Both the position numbers and the translations under genes were made by a program. DNA of 64,000 nucleotides, from NCBI GenBank assembly GCA_964016885.1, contig CAXHJY010001688.1, positions 1-64,000 of the forward strand. The letters run 5' to 3'. A model generated the notes under the pieces. The model made no database searches. It was not told the origin of the DNA and worked only from the letters and a program-made list of their open reading frames with translations. Below are positions 36,301-51,300 of the stretch, one piece after another. The number at the start of each line of letters is the position of its first letter. The stretch's first letter is position 1. Source of the stretch: Eledone cirrhosa. Its lineage: Eukaryota.

Positions 36301-39300
36301 GTAACAGAGATAGTTTTAGTAAGAGAGATAGCTTAAGTAAGAGAGATAGTTTTAGTAAGAGATATAGTTTAAGTAAGAGAGATATTTTAAGTAAGAGAGA
36401 TAGTTTAAGTAAGAGAGATAGTTTAAGTAAGAGAGATAGTTTAAGTAAGATACATAGTTTTAGTAAGAGAGATAGTTTAATTGAGAGAGAGAGTTTTAGT
36501 AAGGGAGATAATTTTAGTAAGAGAGTTAGTTTTAGTAAGAGAGATAGTTTAAGTAAGAGAGATAGTTTAAGTAAGTGAGATAGTTTTAGTAAGAGAGATA
36601 GTTTTAGTAAGAGAGATAGTTTTAGTAAGATAGATAGCTTAAGTAAGATAGATAGTTTTAGTAAGAGAGATAGTTTTAGTAAGAGATATAGTTTAAGTAA
36701 GAGAGATAGTTTAAGTAAGAGAGATAGTTTAAGTAAGAGAGATAGTTTAAGTAAGAGAGCTAATTTTAGTAAGAGAGATAGTTTTAGTATGAGAGATAGT
36801 TTAAGTAAGAGAGATAGTTTAAGTAAGAGAGATAGTTTAAGTAAGAGAGATAGTTTTAGTAAGAGAGATGGTTTTAGTAAGAGAGATAGTTTAAGTAAGA
36901 GAGATAGTTTTAGTAATAGAGATAGTTTTAGTAAGAGAGATAGTATTAGTAAGAGAGATAGTTTAAATAAGGGAGATAGTTTATGTAAGAGAGATAGTTT
37001 TAGTAAGAGAGATAGTTTAAGTAAGAGAGATAGTTTTAGTAAGGGAGATAATTTTAGTAAGAGAGATAGTTTAAGTAAGAGAGTTAGTTTAAGTAAGAGA
37101 GATAGTTTAAGTAAGAGAGATAGTTTTAGTAAGAGAGATAGTTTTAGTAAGAGAGATAGTTTAAGTCAGAGAGATAGTTTAAGTAAGAGAGACAGTTTAA
37201 GTAAGGGAGATAGTTTAAGTAAGGGAGATAGTTTTAGTAAGGGAGATAGTTTTAGTAAGAGAGATAGTTTAAGTAACATAGATAGTTTAGGTAGGAGAGA
37301 TAGTTTAAGTAAGAGAGATAGTTTAAGTAAGAGAGATAGATTTAGTAAGAAAGATAGTTTTAGTAAGAGAGATAGTTTTAGTAAGAGATATAGTTTAAGT
37401 AAGAGAGATAGTTTAAGTAAGAGAGATAGTTTAAGTAAGAGAGATAATTTTAGTAAGAGAGATAATTTTAGTAAGAGAGTTAGTTTAAGTAAGAGAGATA
37501 GTTTAAGTAAGAGAGACAGTTTAAGTAAGAGAGATAGTTTAAGTAAGAGAGACAGTTTAAGTAAGAGAGATAGTATTAGTAAGAGAGATAGTTTAAGTAA
37601 GGGAGATATTTTAAGTAAGGGAGATAGTTTTAGTAAGGGAGATAGTTTTAGTAAGAGAGATAGTTTAAGTAACATAGATAGTTTAAGTAGGAGAGATAGT
37701 TTAAGTAAGAGAGATAGTTTAAGTAAGAGAGATAGATTTAGTAAGAGAGATAGTATTAGTAAGAGAGATAGTTTAAGTAAAGGAGATAGTTTAATTGAGA
37801 GAGAGAGTTTTAGTAAGGGAGATAATTTTAGTAAGAGAGATAGTTTTAGTAAGAGAGATAGTTTAAGTAAGAGAGATAGTTTAAGTAAGAGAGATAGTTT
37901 AAGTAAGATAGATAGTTTTAGTAAGAGAGATAGTTTAATTGAGAGAGAGAGTTTTAGTAAGGGAGATAATTTTAGTAAGAGAGATAGTTTTAGTAAGAGA
38001 GATAGTTTAAGTAAGAGAGATACTTTTAGTAAGAGAGATAGTTTTAGTAAGAGAGATAGTTTTAGTAAGAGAGATAGCTTAAGTAAGAGAGATTGTTTTA
38101 GTAAGAGAGATAGTTTTAGTAAGAGATATAGTTTAAGTAAGAGAGATAGTTTAAGTAAGAGAGATAGTTTAAGTAAGAGAGATAGTTTTAGTAAGAGAGA
38201 TAGTTTTAGTAAGAGAGTTAGTTTAAGTAAGAGAGATAGTTTAAGTAAGAGAGACAGTTTAAGTAAAAGAGATAGTTTAAGTAAGAGAGATAGTTTAAGT
38301 AAGAGAGATAGTTTAAGTAAAAGAGATAGTTTTAGTAAGAGAGATAGTATTAGTAAGAGAGATAGTTTAAGTAAGGGAGATAATTTTAGTAAGGGAGATA
38401 GTTTTAGTAAGAGAGATAGTTTAAGTAACAGAGATAATTTTAGTAAGAGAGTTAGTTTAAGTAAGAGAGATAGTTTAAGTAAGAGAGACAGTTTAAGTAA
38501 GAGAGATAGTATTAGTAAGAGAGATAGTTTAAGTAAGGGAGATATTTTAAGTAAGGGAGATAGTTTTAGTAAGGGAGATAGTTTTAGTAAGAGAGATAGT
38601 TTAAGTAACATAGATAGTTTAAGTAGGAGAGATAGTTTAAGTAAGAGAGATAGTTTAAGTAAGAGAGATAGATTTAGTAAGAGAGATAGTATTAGTAAGA
38701 GAGATAGTTTAAGTAAAGGAGATAGTTTTAGTAAGAGAGATAGTTTTAGTAAGAGAGATAGTTTTAGTGAGAGAGATAGTTTAAGTAAGAGAGATAGTTT
38801 AAGTGAGATAGATAGTTTTAGTAAGAGAGATAGTTTAATTGAGAGAGAGAGTTTTAGAAAGGGAGATAATTTTAGTAAGAGAGATAGTTTAAGTAAGAGA
38901 GATAGTTTAAGTAAGAGAGATAGTTTAAGTAAGATAGATAGTTTTAGTAAGAGAGATAGTTTAATTGAGAGAGAGAGTTTTAGTAAGGGAGATAATTTTA
39001 GTAAGAGAGATAGTTTTAGTAAGAGAGATAGTTTAAGTAAGAGAGATAGTTTAAGTAAGAGAGATAGTTTAAGTAAGATAGATAGTTTTAGTAAGAGAGA
39101 TAGTTTAATTGAGAGAGAGAGTTTTAGTAAGGGAGATAATTTTAGTAAGAGAGATAGTTTTAGTAAGAGAGATAGTTTAAGTAAGAGAGATACTTTTAGT
39201 AAGAGAGATAGTTTTAGTAAGAGAGATAGTTTTAGTAAGAGAGATAGCTTAAGTAAGAGAGATTGTTTTAGTAAGAGAGATAATTTTAGTAAGAGAGTTA

Positions 39301-42300
39301 GTTTAAGTAAGAGAGATAGTTTAAGTAAGAGAGACAGTTTAAGTAAGAGAGATAGTATTAGTAAGAGAGATAGTTTAAGTAAGGGAGATATTTTAAGTAA
39401 GGGAGATAGTTTTAGTAAGGGAGATAGTTTTAGTAAGAGAGATAGTTTAAGTAACATAGATAGTTTAAGTAGGAGAGATAGTTTAAGTAAGAGAGATAGT
39501 TTAAGTAAGAGAGATAGATTTAGTAAGAGAGATAGTATTAGTAAGAGAGATAGTTTAAGTAAAGGAGATAGTTTTAGTAAGAGAGATAGTTTTAGTAAGA
39601 GAGATAGTTTTAGTGAGAGAGATAGTTTAAGTAAGAGAGATAGTTTAAGTGAGATAGATAGTTTTAGTAAGAGAGATAGTTTAATTGAGAGAGAGAGTTT
39701 TAGAAAGGGAGATAATTTTAGTAAGAGAGATAGTTTAAGTAAGAGAGATAGTTTAAGTAAGAGAGATAGTTTAAGTAAGATAGATAGTTTTAGTAAGAGA
39801 GATAGTTTAATTGAGAGAGAGAGTTTTAGTAAGGGAGATAATTTTAGTAAGAGAGATAGTTTTAGTAAGAGAGATAGTTTAAGTAAGAGAGATAGTTTAA
39901 GTAAGAGAGATAGTTTAAGTAAGATAGATAGTTTTAGTAAGAGAGATAGTTTAATTGAGAGAGAGAGTTTTAGTAAGGGAGATAATTTTAGTAAGAGAGA
40001 TAGTTTTAGTAAGAGAGATAGTTTAAGTAAGAGAGATACTTTTAGTAAGAGAGATAGTTTTAGTAAGAGAGATAGTTTTAGTAAGAGAGATAGCTTAAGT
40101 AAGAGAGATTGTTTTAGTAAGAGAGATAGTTTTAGTAAGAGATATAGTTTAAGTAAGAGAGATAGTTTAAGTAAGAGAGATAGTTTAAGTAAGAGAGATA
40201 GTTTTAGTAAGAGAGATAGTTTTAGTAAGAGAGTTAGTTTAAGTAAGAGAGATAGTTTAAGTAAGAGAGACAGTTTAAGTAAAAGAGATAGTTTAAGTAA
40301 GAGAGATAGTTTAAGTAAGAGAGATAGTTTAAGTAAAAGAGATAGTTTTAGTAAGAGAGATAGTATTAGTAAGAGAGATAGTTTAAGTAAGGGAGATAAT
40401 TTTAGTAAGGGAGATAGTTTTAGTAAGAGAGATAGTTTAAGTAACAGAGATAGTTTTAGTAAGAGAGATAGCTTAAGTAAGAGAGATAGTTTTAGTAAGA
40501 GATATAGTTTAAGTAAGAGAGATATTTTAAGTAAGAGAGATAGTTTAAGTAAGAGAGATAGTTTAAGTAAGAGAGATAGTTTAAGTAAGATACATAGTTT
40601 TAGTAAGAGAGATAGTTTAATTGAGAGAGAGAGTTTTAGTAAGGGAGATAATTTTAGTAAGAGAGTTAGTTTTAGTAAGAGAGATAGTTTAAGTAAGAGA
40701 GATAGTTTAAGTAAGTGAGATAGTTTTAGTAAGAGAGATAGTTTTAGTAAGAGAGATAGTTTTAGTAAGATAGATAGCTTAAGTAAGAGAGATAGTTTTA
40801 GTAAGAGAGATAGTTTTAGTAAGAGATATAGTTTAAGTAAGAGAGATAGTTTAAGTAAGAGAGATAGTTTAAGTAAGAGAGATAGTTTAAGTAAGAGAGC
40901 TAATTTTAGTAAGAGAGATAGTTTTAGTATGAGAGATAGTTTAAGTAAGAGAGATAGTTTAAGTAAGAGAGATAGTTTAAGTAAGAGAGATAGTTTTAGT
41001 AAGAGAGATGGTTTTAGTAAGAGAGATAGTTTAAGTAAGAGAGATAGTTTTAGTAATAGAGATAGTTTTAGTAAGAGAGATAGTATTAGTAAGAGAGATA
41101 GTTTAAATAAGGGAGATAGTTTATGTAAGAGAGATAGTTTTAGTAAGAGAGATAGTTTAAGTAAGAGAGATAGTTTTAGTAAGGGAGATAATTTTAGTAA
41201 GAGAGATAGTTTAAGTAAGAGAGTTAGTTTAAGTAAGAGAGATAGTTTAAGTAAGAGAGATAGTTTTAGTAAGAGAGATAGTTTTAGTAAGAGAGATAGT
41301 TTAAGTCAGAGAGATAGTTTAAGTAAGAGAGACAGTTTAAGTAAGGGAGATAGTTTAAGTAAGGGAGATAGTTTTAGTAAGGGAGATAGTTTTAGTAAGA
41401 GAGATAGTTTAAGTAACATAGATAGTTTAGGTAGGAGAGATAGTTTAAGTAAGAGAGATAGTTTAAGTAAGAGAGATAGATTTAGTAAGAAAGATAGTTT
41501 TAGTAAGAGAGATAGTTTTAGTAAGAGATATAGTTTAAGTAAGAGAGATAGTTTAAGTAAGAGAGATAGTTTAAGTAAGAGAGATAATTTTAGTAAGAGA
41601 GATAATTTTAGTAAGAGAGTTAGTTTAAGTAAGAGAGATAGTTTAAGTAAGAGAGACAGTTTAAGTAAGAGAGATAGTATTAGTAAGAGAGATAGTTTAA
41701 GTAAGGGAGATATTTTAAGTAAGGGAGATAGTTTTAGTAAGGGAGATAGTTTTAGTAAGAGAGATAGTTTAAGTAACATAGATAGTTTAAGTAGGAGAGA
41801 TAGTTTAAGTAAGAGAGATAGTTTAAGTAAGAGAGATAGATTTAGTAAGAGAGATAGTATTAGTAAGAGAGATAGTTTAAGTAAAGGAGATAGTTTAATT
41901 GAGAGAGAGAGTTTTAGTAAGGGAGATAATTTTAGTAAGAGAGATAGTTTTAGTAAGAGAGATAGTTTAAGTAAGAGAGATAGTTTAAGTAAGAGAGATA
42001 GTTTAAGTAAGATAGATAGTTTTAGTAAGAGAGATAGTTTAATTGAGAGAGAGAGTTTTAGTAAGGGAGATAATTTTAGTAAGAGAGATAGTTTTAGTAA
42101 GAGAGATAGTTTAAGTAAGAGAGATACTTTTAGTAAGAGAGATAGTTTTAGTAAGAGAGATAGTTTTAGTAAGAGAGATAGCTTAAGTAAGAGAGATTGT
42201 TTTAGTAAGAGAGATAGTTTTAGTAAGAGATATAGTTTAAGTAAGAGAGATAGTTTAAGTAAGAGAGATAGTTTAAGTAAGAGAGATAGTTTTAGTAAGA

Positions 42301-45300
42301 GAGATAGTTTTAGTAAGAGAGTTAGTTTAAGTAAGAGAGATAGTTTAAGTAAGAGAGACAGTTTAAGTAAAAGAGATAGTTTAAGTAAGAGAGATAGTTT
42401 AAGTAAGAGAGATAGTTTAAGTAAAAGAGATAGTTTTAGTAAGAGAGATAGTATTAGTAAGAGAGATAGTTTAAGTAAGGGAGATAATTTTAGTAAGGGA
42501 GATAGTTTTAGTAACAGAGATAGTTTAAGTAACAGAGATAGTTTTAGTAAGAGAGATAGCTTAAGTAAGAGAGATAGTTTTAGTAAGAGATATAGTTTAA
42601 GTAAGAGAGATATTTTAAGTAAGAGAGATAGTTTAAGTAAGAGAGATAGTTTAAGTAAGAGAGATAGTTTAAGTAAGATACATAGTTTTAGTAAGAGAGA
42701 TAGTTTAATTGAGAGAGAGAGTTTTAGTAAGGGAGATAATTTTAGTAAGAGAGTTAGTTTTAGTAAGAGAGATAGTTTAAGTAAGAGAGATAGTTTAAGT
42801 AAGTGAGATAGTTTTAGTAAGAGAGATAGTTTTAGTAAGAGAGATAGTTTTAGTAAGATAGATAGCTTAAGTAAGAGAGATAGTTTTAGTAAGAGAGATA
42901 GTTTTAGTAAGAGATATAGTTTAAGTAAGAGAGATAGTTTAAGTAAGAGAGATAGTTTAAGTAAGAGAGATAGTTTAAGTAAGAGAGCTAATTTTAGTAA
43001 GAGAGATAGTTTTAGTATGAGAGATAGTATAAGTAAGAGAGATAGTTTAAGTAAGAGAGATAGTTTAAGTAAGAGAGATAGTTTTAGTAAGAGAGATGGT
43101 TTTAGTAAGAGAGATAGTTTAAGTAAGAGAGATAGTTTTAGTAATAGAGATAGTTTTAGTAAGAGAGATAGTATTAGTAAGAGAGATAGTTTAAATAAGG
43201 GAGATAGTTTATGTAAGAGAGATAGTTTTAGTAAGAGAGATAGTTTAAGTAAGAGAGATAGTTTTAGTAAGGGAGATAATTTTAGTAAGAGAGATAGTTT
43301 AAGTAAGAGAGTTAGTTTAAGTAAGAGAGATAGTTTAAGTAAGAGAGATAGTTTTAGTAAGAGAGATAGTTTTAGTAAGAGAGATAGTTTAAGTCAGAGA
43401 GATAGTTTAAGTAAGAGAGACAGTTTAAGTAAGGGAGATAGTTTAAGTAAGGGAGATAGTTTTAGTAAGGGAGATAGTTTTAGTAAGAGAGATAGTTTAA
43501 GTAACATAGATAGTTTAGGTAGGAGAGATAGTTTAAGTAAGAGAGATAGTTTAAGTAAGAGAGATAGATTTAGTAAGAAAGATAGTTTTAGTAAGAGAGA
43601 TAGTTTTAGTAAGAGATATAGTTTAAGTAAGAGAGATAGTTTAAGTAAGAGAGATAGTTTAAGTAAGAGAGATAATTTTAGTAAGAGAGATAATTTTAGT
43701 AAGAGAGTTAGTTTAAGTAAGAGAGATAGTTTAAGTAAGAGAGACAGTTTAAGTAAGAGAGATAGTATTAGTAAGAGAGATAGTTTAAGTAAGGGAGATA
43801 TTTTAAGTAAGGGAGATAGTTTTAGTAAGGGAGATAGTTTTAGTAAGAGAGATAGTTTAAGTAACATAGATAGTTTAAGTAGGAGAGATAGTTTAAGTAA
43901 GAGAGATAGTTTAAGTAAGAGAGATAGATTTAGTAAGAGAGATAGTATTAGTAAGAGAGATAGTTTAAGTAAAGGAGATAGTTTAATTGAGAGAGAGAGT
44001 TTTAGTAAGGGAGATAATTTTAGTAAGAGAGATAGTTTTAGTAAGAGAGATAGTTTAAGTAAGAGAGATAGTTTAAGTAAGAGAGATAGTTTAAGTAAGA
44101 TAGATAGTTTTAGTAAGAGAGATAGTTTAATTGAGAGAGAGAGTTTTAGTAAGGGAGATAATTTTAGTAAGAGAGATAGTTTTAGTAAGAGAGATAGTTT
44201 AAGTAAGAGAGATACTTTTAGTAAGAGAGATAGTTTTAGTAAGAGAGATAGTTTTAGTAAGAGAGATAGCTTAAGTAAGAGAGATTGTTTTAGTAAGAGA
44301 GATAGTTTTAGTAAGAGATATAGTTTAAGTAAGAGAGATAGTTTAAGTAAGAGAGATAGTTTAAGTAAGAGAGATAGTTTTAGTAAGAGAGATAGTTTTA
44401 GTAAGAGAGTTAGTTTAAGTAAGAGAGATTGTTTAAGTAAGAGAGACAGTTTAAGTAAAAGAGATAGTTTAAGTAAGAGAGATAGTTTAAGTAAGAGAGA
44501 TAGTTTAAGTAAAAGAGATAGTTTTAGTAAGAGAGATAGTATTAGTAAGAGAGATAGTTTAAGTAAGGGAGATAATTTTAGTAAGGGAGATAGTTTTAGT
44601 AAGAGAGATAGTTTAAGTAACAGAGATAGTTTTAGTAAGAGAGATAGCTTAAGTAAGAGAGATAGTTTTAGTAAGAGATATAGTTTAAGTAAGAGAGATA
44701 TTTTAAGTAAGAGAGATAGTTTAAGTAAGAGAGATAGTTTAAGTAAGAGAGATAGTTTAAGTAAGATACATAGTTTTAGTAAGAGAGATAGTTTAATTGA
44801 GAGAGAGAGTTTTAGTAAGGGAGATAATTTTAGTAAGAGAGTTAGTTTTAGTAAGAGAGATAGTTTAAGTAAGAGAGATAGTTTAAGTAAGTGAGATAGT
44901 TTTAGTAAGAGAGATAGTTTTAGTAAGAGAGATAGTTTTAGTAAGATAGATAGCTTAAGTAAGAGAGATAGATTTAGTAAGAGAGATAGTTTTAGTAAGA
45001 GATATAGTTTAAGTAAGAGAGATAGTTTAAGTAAGAGAGATAGTTTAAGTAAGAGAGATAGTTTAAGTAAGAGAGCTAATTTTAGTAAGAGAGATAGTTT
45101 TAGTATGAGAGATAGTATAAGTAAGAGAGATAGTTTAAGTAAGAGAGATAGTTTAAGTAAGAGAGATAGTTTTAGTAAGAGAGATGGTTTTAGTAAGAGA
45201 GATAGTTTAAGTAAGAGAGATAGTTTTAGTAATAGAGATAGTTTTAGTAAGAGAGATAGTATTAGTAAGAGAGATAGTTTAAATAAGGGAGATAGTTTAT

Positions 45301-48300
45301 GTAAGAGAGATAGTTTTAGTAAGAGAGATAGTTTAAGTAAGAGAGATAGTTTTAGTAAGGGAGATAATTTTAGTAAGAGAGATAGTTTAAGTAAGAGAGT
45401 TAGTTTAAGTAAGAGAGATAGTTTAAGTAAGAGAGATAGTTTTAGTAAGAGAGATAGTTTTAGTAAGAGAGATAGTTTAAGTCAGAGAGATAGTTTAAGT
45501 AAGAGAGACAGTTTAAGTAAGGGAGATAGTTTAAGTAAGGGAGATAGTTTTAGTAAGGGAGATAGTTTTAGTAAGAGAGATAGTTTAAGTAACATAGATA
45601 GTTTAGGTAGGAGAGATAGTTTAAGTAAGAGAGATAGTTTAAGTAAGAGAGATAGATTTAGTAAGAAAGATAGTTTTAGTAAGAGAGATAGTTTTAGTAA
45701 GAGATATAGTTTAAGTAAGAGAGATAGTTTAAGTAAGAGAGATAGTTTAAGTAAGAGAGATAATTTTAGTAAGAGAGATAATTTTAGTAAGAGAGTTAGT
45801 TTAAGTAAGAGAGATAGTTTAAGTAAGAGAGACAGTTTAAGTAAGAGAGATAGTATTAGTAAGAGAGATAGTTTAAGTAAGGGAGATATTTTAAGTAAGG
45901 GAGATAGTTTTAGTAAGGGAGATAGTTTTAGTAAGAGAGATAGTTTAAGTAACATAGATAGTTTAAGTAGGAGAGATAGTTTAAGTAAGAGAGATAGTTT
46001 AAGTAAGAGAGATAGATTTAGTAAGAGAGATAGTATTAGTAAGAGAGATAGTTTAAGTAAAGGAGATAGTTTTAGTAAGAGAGATAGTTTTAGTATGAGA
46101 GATAGTTTTAGTGAGAGAGATAGTTTAAGTAAGAGAGATAGTTTAAGTGAGATAGATAGTTTTAGTAAGAGAGATAGTTTAATTGAGAGAGAGAGTTTTA
46201 GTAAGGGAGATAATTTTAGTAAGAGAGATAGTTTAAGTAAGAGAGATAGTTTAAGTAAGAGAGATAGTTTAAGTAAGATAGATAGTTTTAGTAAGAGAGA
46301 TAGTTTAATTGAGAGAGAGAGTTTTAGTAAGGGAGATAATTTTAGTAAGAGAGATAGTTTTAGTAAGAGAGATAGTTTAAGTAAGAGAGATAGTTTAAGT
46401 AAGAGAGATAGTTTAAGTAAGATAGATAGTTTTAGTAAGAGAGATAGTTTAATTGAGAGAGAGAGTTTTAGTAAGGGAGATAATTTTAGTAAGAGAGATA
46501 GTTTTAGTAAGAGAGATAGTTTAAGTAAGAGAGATACTTTTAGTAAGAGAGATAGTTTTAGTAAGAGAGATAGTTTTAGTAAGAGAGATAGCTTAAGTAA
46601 GAGAGATAGTTTTAGTAAGAGAGATAGTTTTAGTAAGAGATATAGTTTAAGTAAGAGAGATAGTTTAAGTAAGAGAGATAGTTTAAGTAAGAGAGATAGT
46701 TTTAGTAAGAGAGATAGTTTTAGTAAGAGAGTTAGTTTAAGTAAGAGAGATAGTTTAAGTAAGAGAGACAGTTTAAGTAAAAGAGATAGTTTAAGTAAGA
46801 GAGATAGTTTAAGTAAGAGAGATAGTTTAAGTAAAAGAGATAGTTTTAGTAAGAGAGATAGTATTAGTAAGAGAGATAGTTTAAGTAAGGGAGATAATTT
46901 TAGTAAGGGAGATAGTTTTAGTAAGAGAGATAGTTTAAGTAACAGAGATAGTTTTAGTAAGAGAGATAGCTTAAGTAAGAGAGATAGTTTTAGTAAGAGA
47001 TATAGTTTAAGTAAGAGAGATATTTTAAGTAAGAGAGATAGTTTAAGTAAGAGAGATAGTTTAAGTAAGAGAGATAGTTTAAGTAAGATACATAGTTTTA
47101 GTAAGAGAGATAGTTTAATTGAGAGAGTTTTAGTAAGGGAGATAATTTTAGTAAGAGAGATAGTTTTAGTAAGAGAGATAGTTTAAGTAAGAGAGATAGT
47201 TTAAGTAAGAGAGATAGTTTTAGTAAGAGAGATCGTTTTAGTAAGAGAGATAGTTTTAGTAAGATAGATAGCTTAAGTAAGAGAGATAGTTTTAGTAAGA
47301 GAGATAGTTTTAGTAAGAGATATAGTTTAAGTGAGAGAGATAGTTTAAGTAAGAGAGATAGTTTAAGTAAGAGAGATAGTTTAAGTAAGAGAGCTAATTT
47401 TAGTAAGAGAGATAGTTTTAGTAAGAGAGATAGTTTAAGTAAGAGAGATAGTTTAAGTAAGAGAGATAGTTTAAGTAAGAGAGATAGTTTTAGTAAGAGA
47501 GATGGTTTTAGTAAGAGAGATAGTTTAAGTCAGAGAGATAGTTTAAGTAAGAGAGATAGTTTTAGTAAGAGAGATAGCTTAAGTAAGAGAGATAGTTTAA
47601 GTAAGAGAGATAGATTTAGTAAGAGAGATAGTTTAAGTAAGAGAGATAGTTTAAGTAACAGAGATAGTTTAAGTAGGAGAGATAGTTTAAGTAAGAGAGA
47701 TAGTTTTAGTAAGAGAGATAGTTTTAGTAAGAGAGATAGTTTAAATAAGAGATATAGTTTAAGTAAGAGAGATAGTTTTAGTAATAGAGATAGTTTTAGT
47801 AAGAGAGATAGTATTAGTAAGAGAGATAGTTTAAATAAGGGAGATAGTTTATGTAAGAGAGATAGTTTTAGTAAGAGAGATAGTTTAAGTAAGAGAGATA
47901 GTTTTAGTAAGGGAGATAATTTTAGTAAGAGAGATAGTTTAAGTAAGAGAGTTAGTTTAAGTAAGAGAGATAGTTTAAGTAAGAGAGATAGTTTTAGTAA
48001 GAGAGATAGTTTTAGTAAGAGAGATAGTTTAAGTAAGAGAGATAGTTTTAGTAAGAGAGATAGTTTTAGTAAGAGAGATAGTTTAAGTAAGAGGGATAGT
48101 TTTAGTAAGAGAGATAGTTTAAGTAAGAGAGATAGTTTTAGTAAGAGGATAGTTTTAGTAAGAGAGATAGTTTAAGTAAGAGAGATAGTTTTAGTAAGAG
48201 GGATAGTTTTAGTAAGAGAGATAGTTTAAGTAAGAGAGATACTTTTAGTAAGAGAGATAGTTTTAGTAAGAGAGATAGTTTTAGTAAGAGAGATAGCTTA

Positions 48301-51300
48301 AGTAAGAGAGATAGTTTTAGTAAGAGAGATAGTTTTAGTAAGAGATATAGTTTAAGTAAGAGAGATAGTTTAAGTAAGAGAGATAGTTTAAGTAAGAGAG
48401 ATAGTTTTAGTAAGAGAGATAGTTTTAGTAAGAGAGTTAGTTTAAGTAAGAGAGATAGTTTAAGTAAGAGAGACAGTTTAAGTAAAAGAGATAGTTTAAG
48501 TAAGAGAGATAGTTTAAGTAAGAGAGATAGTTTAAGTAAAAGAGATAGTTTTAGTAAGAGAGATAGTATTAGTAAGAGAGATAGTTTAAGTAAGGGAGAT
48601 AATTTTAGTAAGGGAGATAGTTTTAGTAAGAGAGATAGTTTAAGTAACAGAGATAGTTTTAGTAAGAGAGATAGCTTAAGTAAGAGAGATAGTTTTAGTA
48701 AGAGATATAGTTTAAGTAAGAGAGATATTTTAAGTAAGAGAGATAGTTTAATTGAGAGAGAGAGTTTTAGTAAGGGAGATAATTTTAGTAAGAGAGATAG
48801 TTTAAGTAACAGAGATAGTTTAAGTAGGAGAGATAGTTTAAGTAAGAGAGATAGTTTTAGTAAGAGAGATAGTTTTAGTAACAGAGATAGTTTAAATAAG
48901 AGATATAGTTTAAGTAAGAGAGATAGTTTTAGTAATAGAGATAGTTTTAGTAAGAGAGATAGTATTAGTAAGAGAGATAGTTTAAATAAGGGAGATAGTT
49001 TATGTAAGAGAGATAGTTTTAGTAAGAGAGATAGTTTAATTGAGAGAGATAGTTTTAGTAAGGGAGATAATTTTAGTAAGAGAGATAGTTTAAGTAAGAG
49101 AGTTAGTTTAAGTAAGAGAGATAGTTTAAGTAAGAGAGATAGTTTTAGTAAGAGAGATAGTTTTAGTAAGAGAGATAGTTTAAGTAAGAGAGATAGTTTT
49201 AGTAAGAGAGATAGTTTTAGTAAGAGCGATAGTTTAAGTAAGAGGGATAGTTTTAGTAAGAGAGATAGTTTAAGTAAGAGAGATAGTTTTAGTAAGAGGG
49301 ATAGTTTTAGTAAGAGAGATAGTTTAAGTAAGAGAGATAGTTTTAGTAAGAGGGATAGTTTTAGTAAGAGAGATAGTTTAAGTAAGAGAGATAGTTTAAG
49401 TAAGAGAGATAGTTTTAGTAAGAGGGATAGTTTTAGTAAGAGAGATAGTTTAAGTAAGAGAGATAGTTTAAGTAAGAGAGATAGTTTAAGTAAGATACAT
49501 AGTTTTAGTAAGAGAGATAGTTTAATTGAGAGAGAGAGTTTTAGTAAGGGAGATAATTTTAGTAAGAGAGATAGTTTTAGTAAGAGAGATAGTTTTAGTA
49601 AGAGAGATAGCTTAAGTAAGAGAGATAGTTTTAGTAAGAGAGATAGTTTTAGTAAGAGATATAGTTTAAGTAAGAGAGATAGTTTAAGTAAGAGAGATAG
49701 TTTAAGTAAGAGAGATAGTTTTAGTAAGAGAGATAGTTTTAGTAAGAGAGTTAGTTTAAGTAAGAGAGATAGTTTAAGTAAGAGAGACAGTTTAAGAAAA
49801 AGAGATAGTTTAAGTAAGAGAGATAGTTTAAGCAAGAGAGATAGTTTAAGTAAAAGAGATAGTTTTAGTAAGAGAGATAGTATTAGTAAGAGAGATAGTT
49901 TAAGTAAGGGAGATAATTTTAGTAAGGGAGATAGTTTTAGTAAGAGAGATAGTTTAAGTAACAGAGATAGTTTTAGTAAGAGAGATAGTTTAAGTAAGAT
50001 ACATAGTTTTAGTAAGAGAGATAGTTTAAGTAAGAGAGATAGTTTTAGTAAGAGAGATGGTTTTAGTAAGAGAGATAGTTTAAGTCAGAGAGATAGTTTA
50101 TGTAAGAGAGATAGTTTTAGTAAGAGAGATAGCTTAAGTAAGAGAGATAGTTTAAGTAAGAGAGATAGTATTAGTAAGAGAGATAGTTTAAGTAAGGGAG
50201 ATCATTTTAGTAAGGGAGATAGTTTTAGTAAGAGAGATAGTTTAAGTAACAGAGATAGTTTAAGTAGGAGAGATAGTTTAAGTAAGAGAGATAGTTTTAG
50301 TAAGAGAGATAGTTTTAGTAAGAGAGATAGTTTAAATAAGAGATATAGTTTAAGTAAGAGAGATAGTTTTAGTAATAGAGATAGTTTTAGTAAGAGTGAT
50401 AGTATTAGTGAGAGAGATAGTTTAAATAAGGGAGATAGTTTATGTAAGAGAGATAGTTTTAGTAAGAGAGATAGTTTAATTGAGAGAGATAGTTTTAGTA
50501 AGGGAGATAATTTTAGTAAGAGAGATAGTTTAAGTAAGAGAGTTAGTTTAAGTAAGAGAGATAGTTTAAGTAAGAGAGATAGTTTTAGTAAGAGAGATAG
50601 TTTTAGTAAGAGAGATAGTTTAAGTAAGAGAGATAGTTTTAGTAAGAGAGATAGTTTTAGTAAGAGAGATAGTTTAAGTAAGAGGGATAGTTTTAGTAAG
50701 AGAGATAGTTTAAGTAAGAGAGATAGTTTTAGTAAGAGGGATAGTTTTAGTAAGAGAGATAGTTTAAGTAAGAGAGATAGTTTTAGTAAGAGGGATAGTT
50801 TTAGTAACAGAGATAGTTTAAGTAAGAGAGATAGTTTAAGTAAGAGAGCTAGTTTTAGTAAGAGGGATAGTTTTAGTAAGAGAGATAGTTTAAGTAAGAG
50901 AGATAGTTTAAGTAAGATACATAGTTTTAGTAAGAGAGATAGTTTAATTGAGAGAGAGAGTTTTAGTAAGGGAGATAATTTTAGTAAGAGAGATAGTTTT
51001 AGTAAGAGAGATAGTTTAAGTAAGAGAGATAGTTTAAGTAAGAGAGATAGTTTTAGTAAGAGAGATAGTTTTAGTAAGAGAGTTAGTTTAAGTAAGAGAG
51101 ATAGTTTAAGTAAGAGAGACAGTTTAAGTAAAAGAGATAGTTTAAGTAAGAGAGATAGTTTAAGTAAGAGAGATAGTTTAAGTAAAAGAGATAGTTTTAG
51201 TAAGAGAGATAGTATTAGTAAGAGAGATAGTTTAAGTAAGGGAGATAATTTTAGTAAGGGAGATAGTTTTAGTAAGAGAGATAGTTTTAGTAAGAGGGAT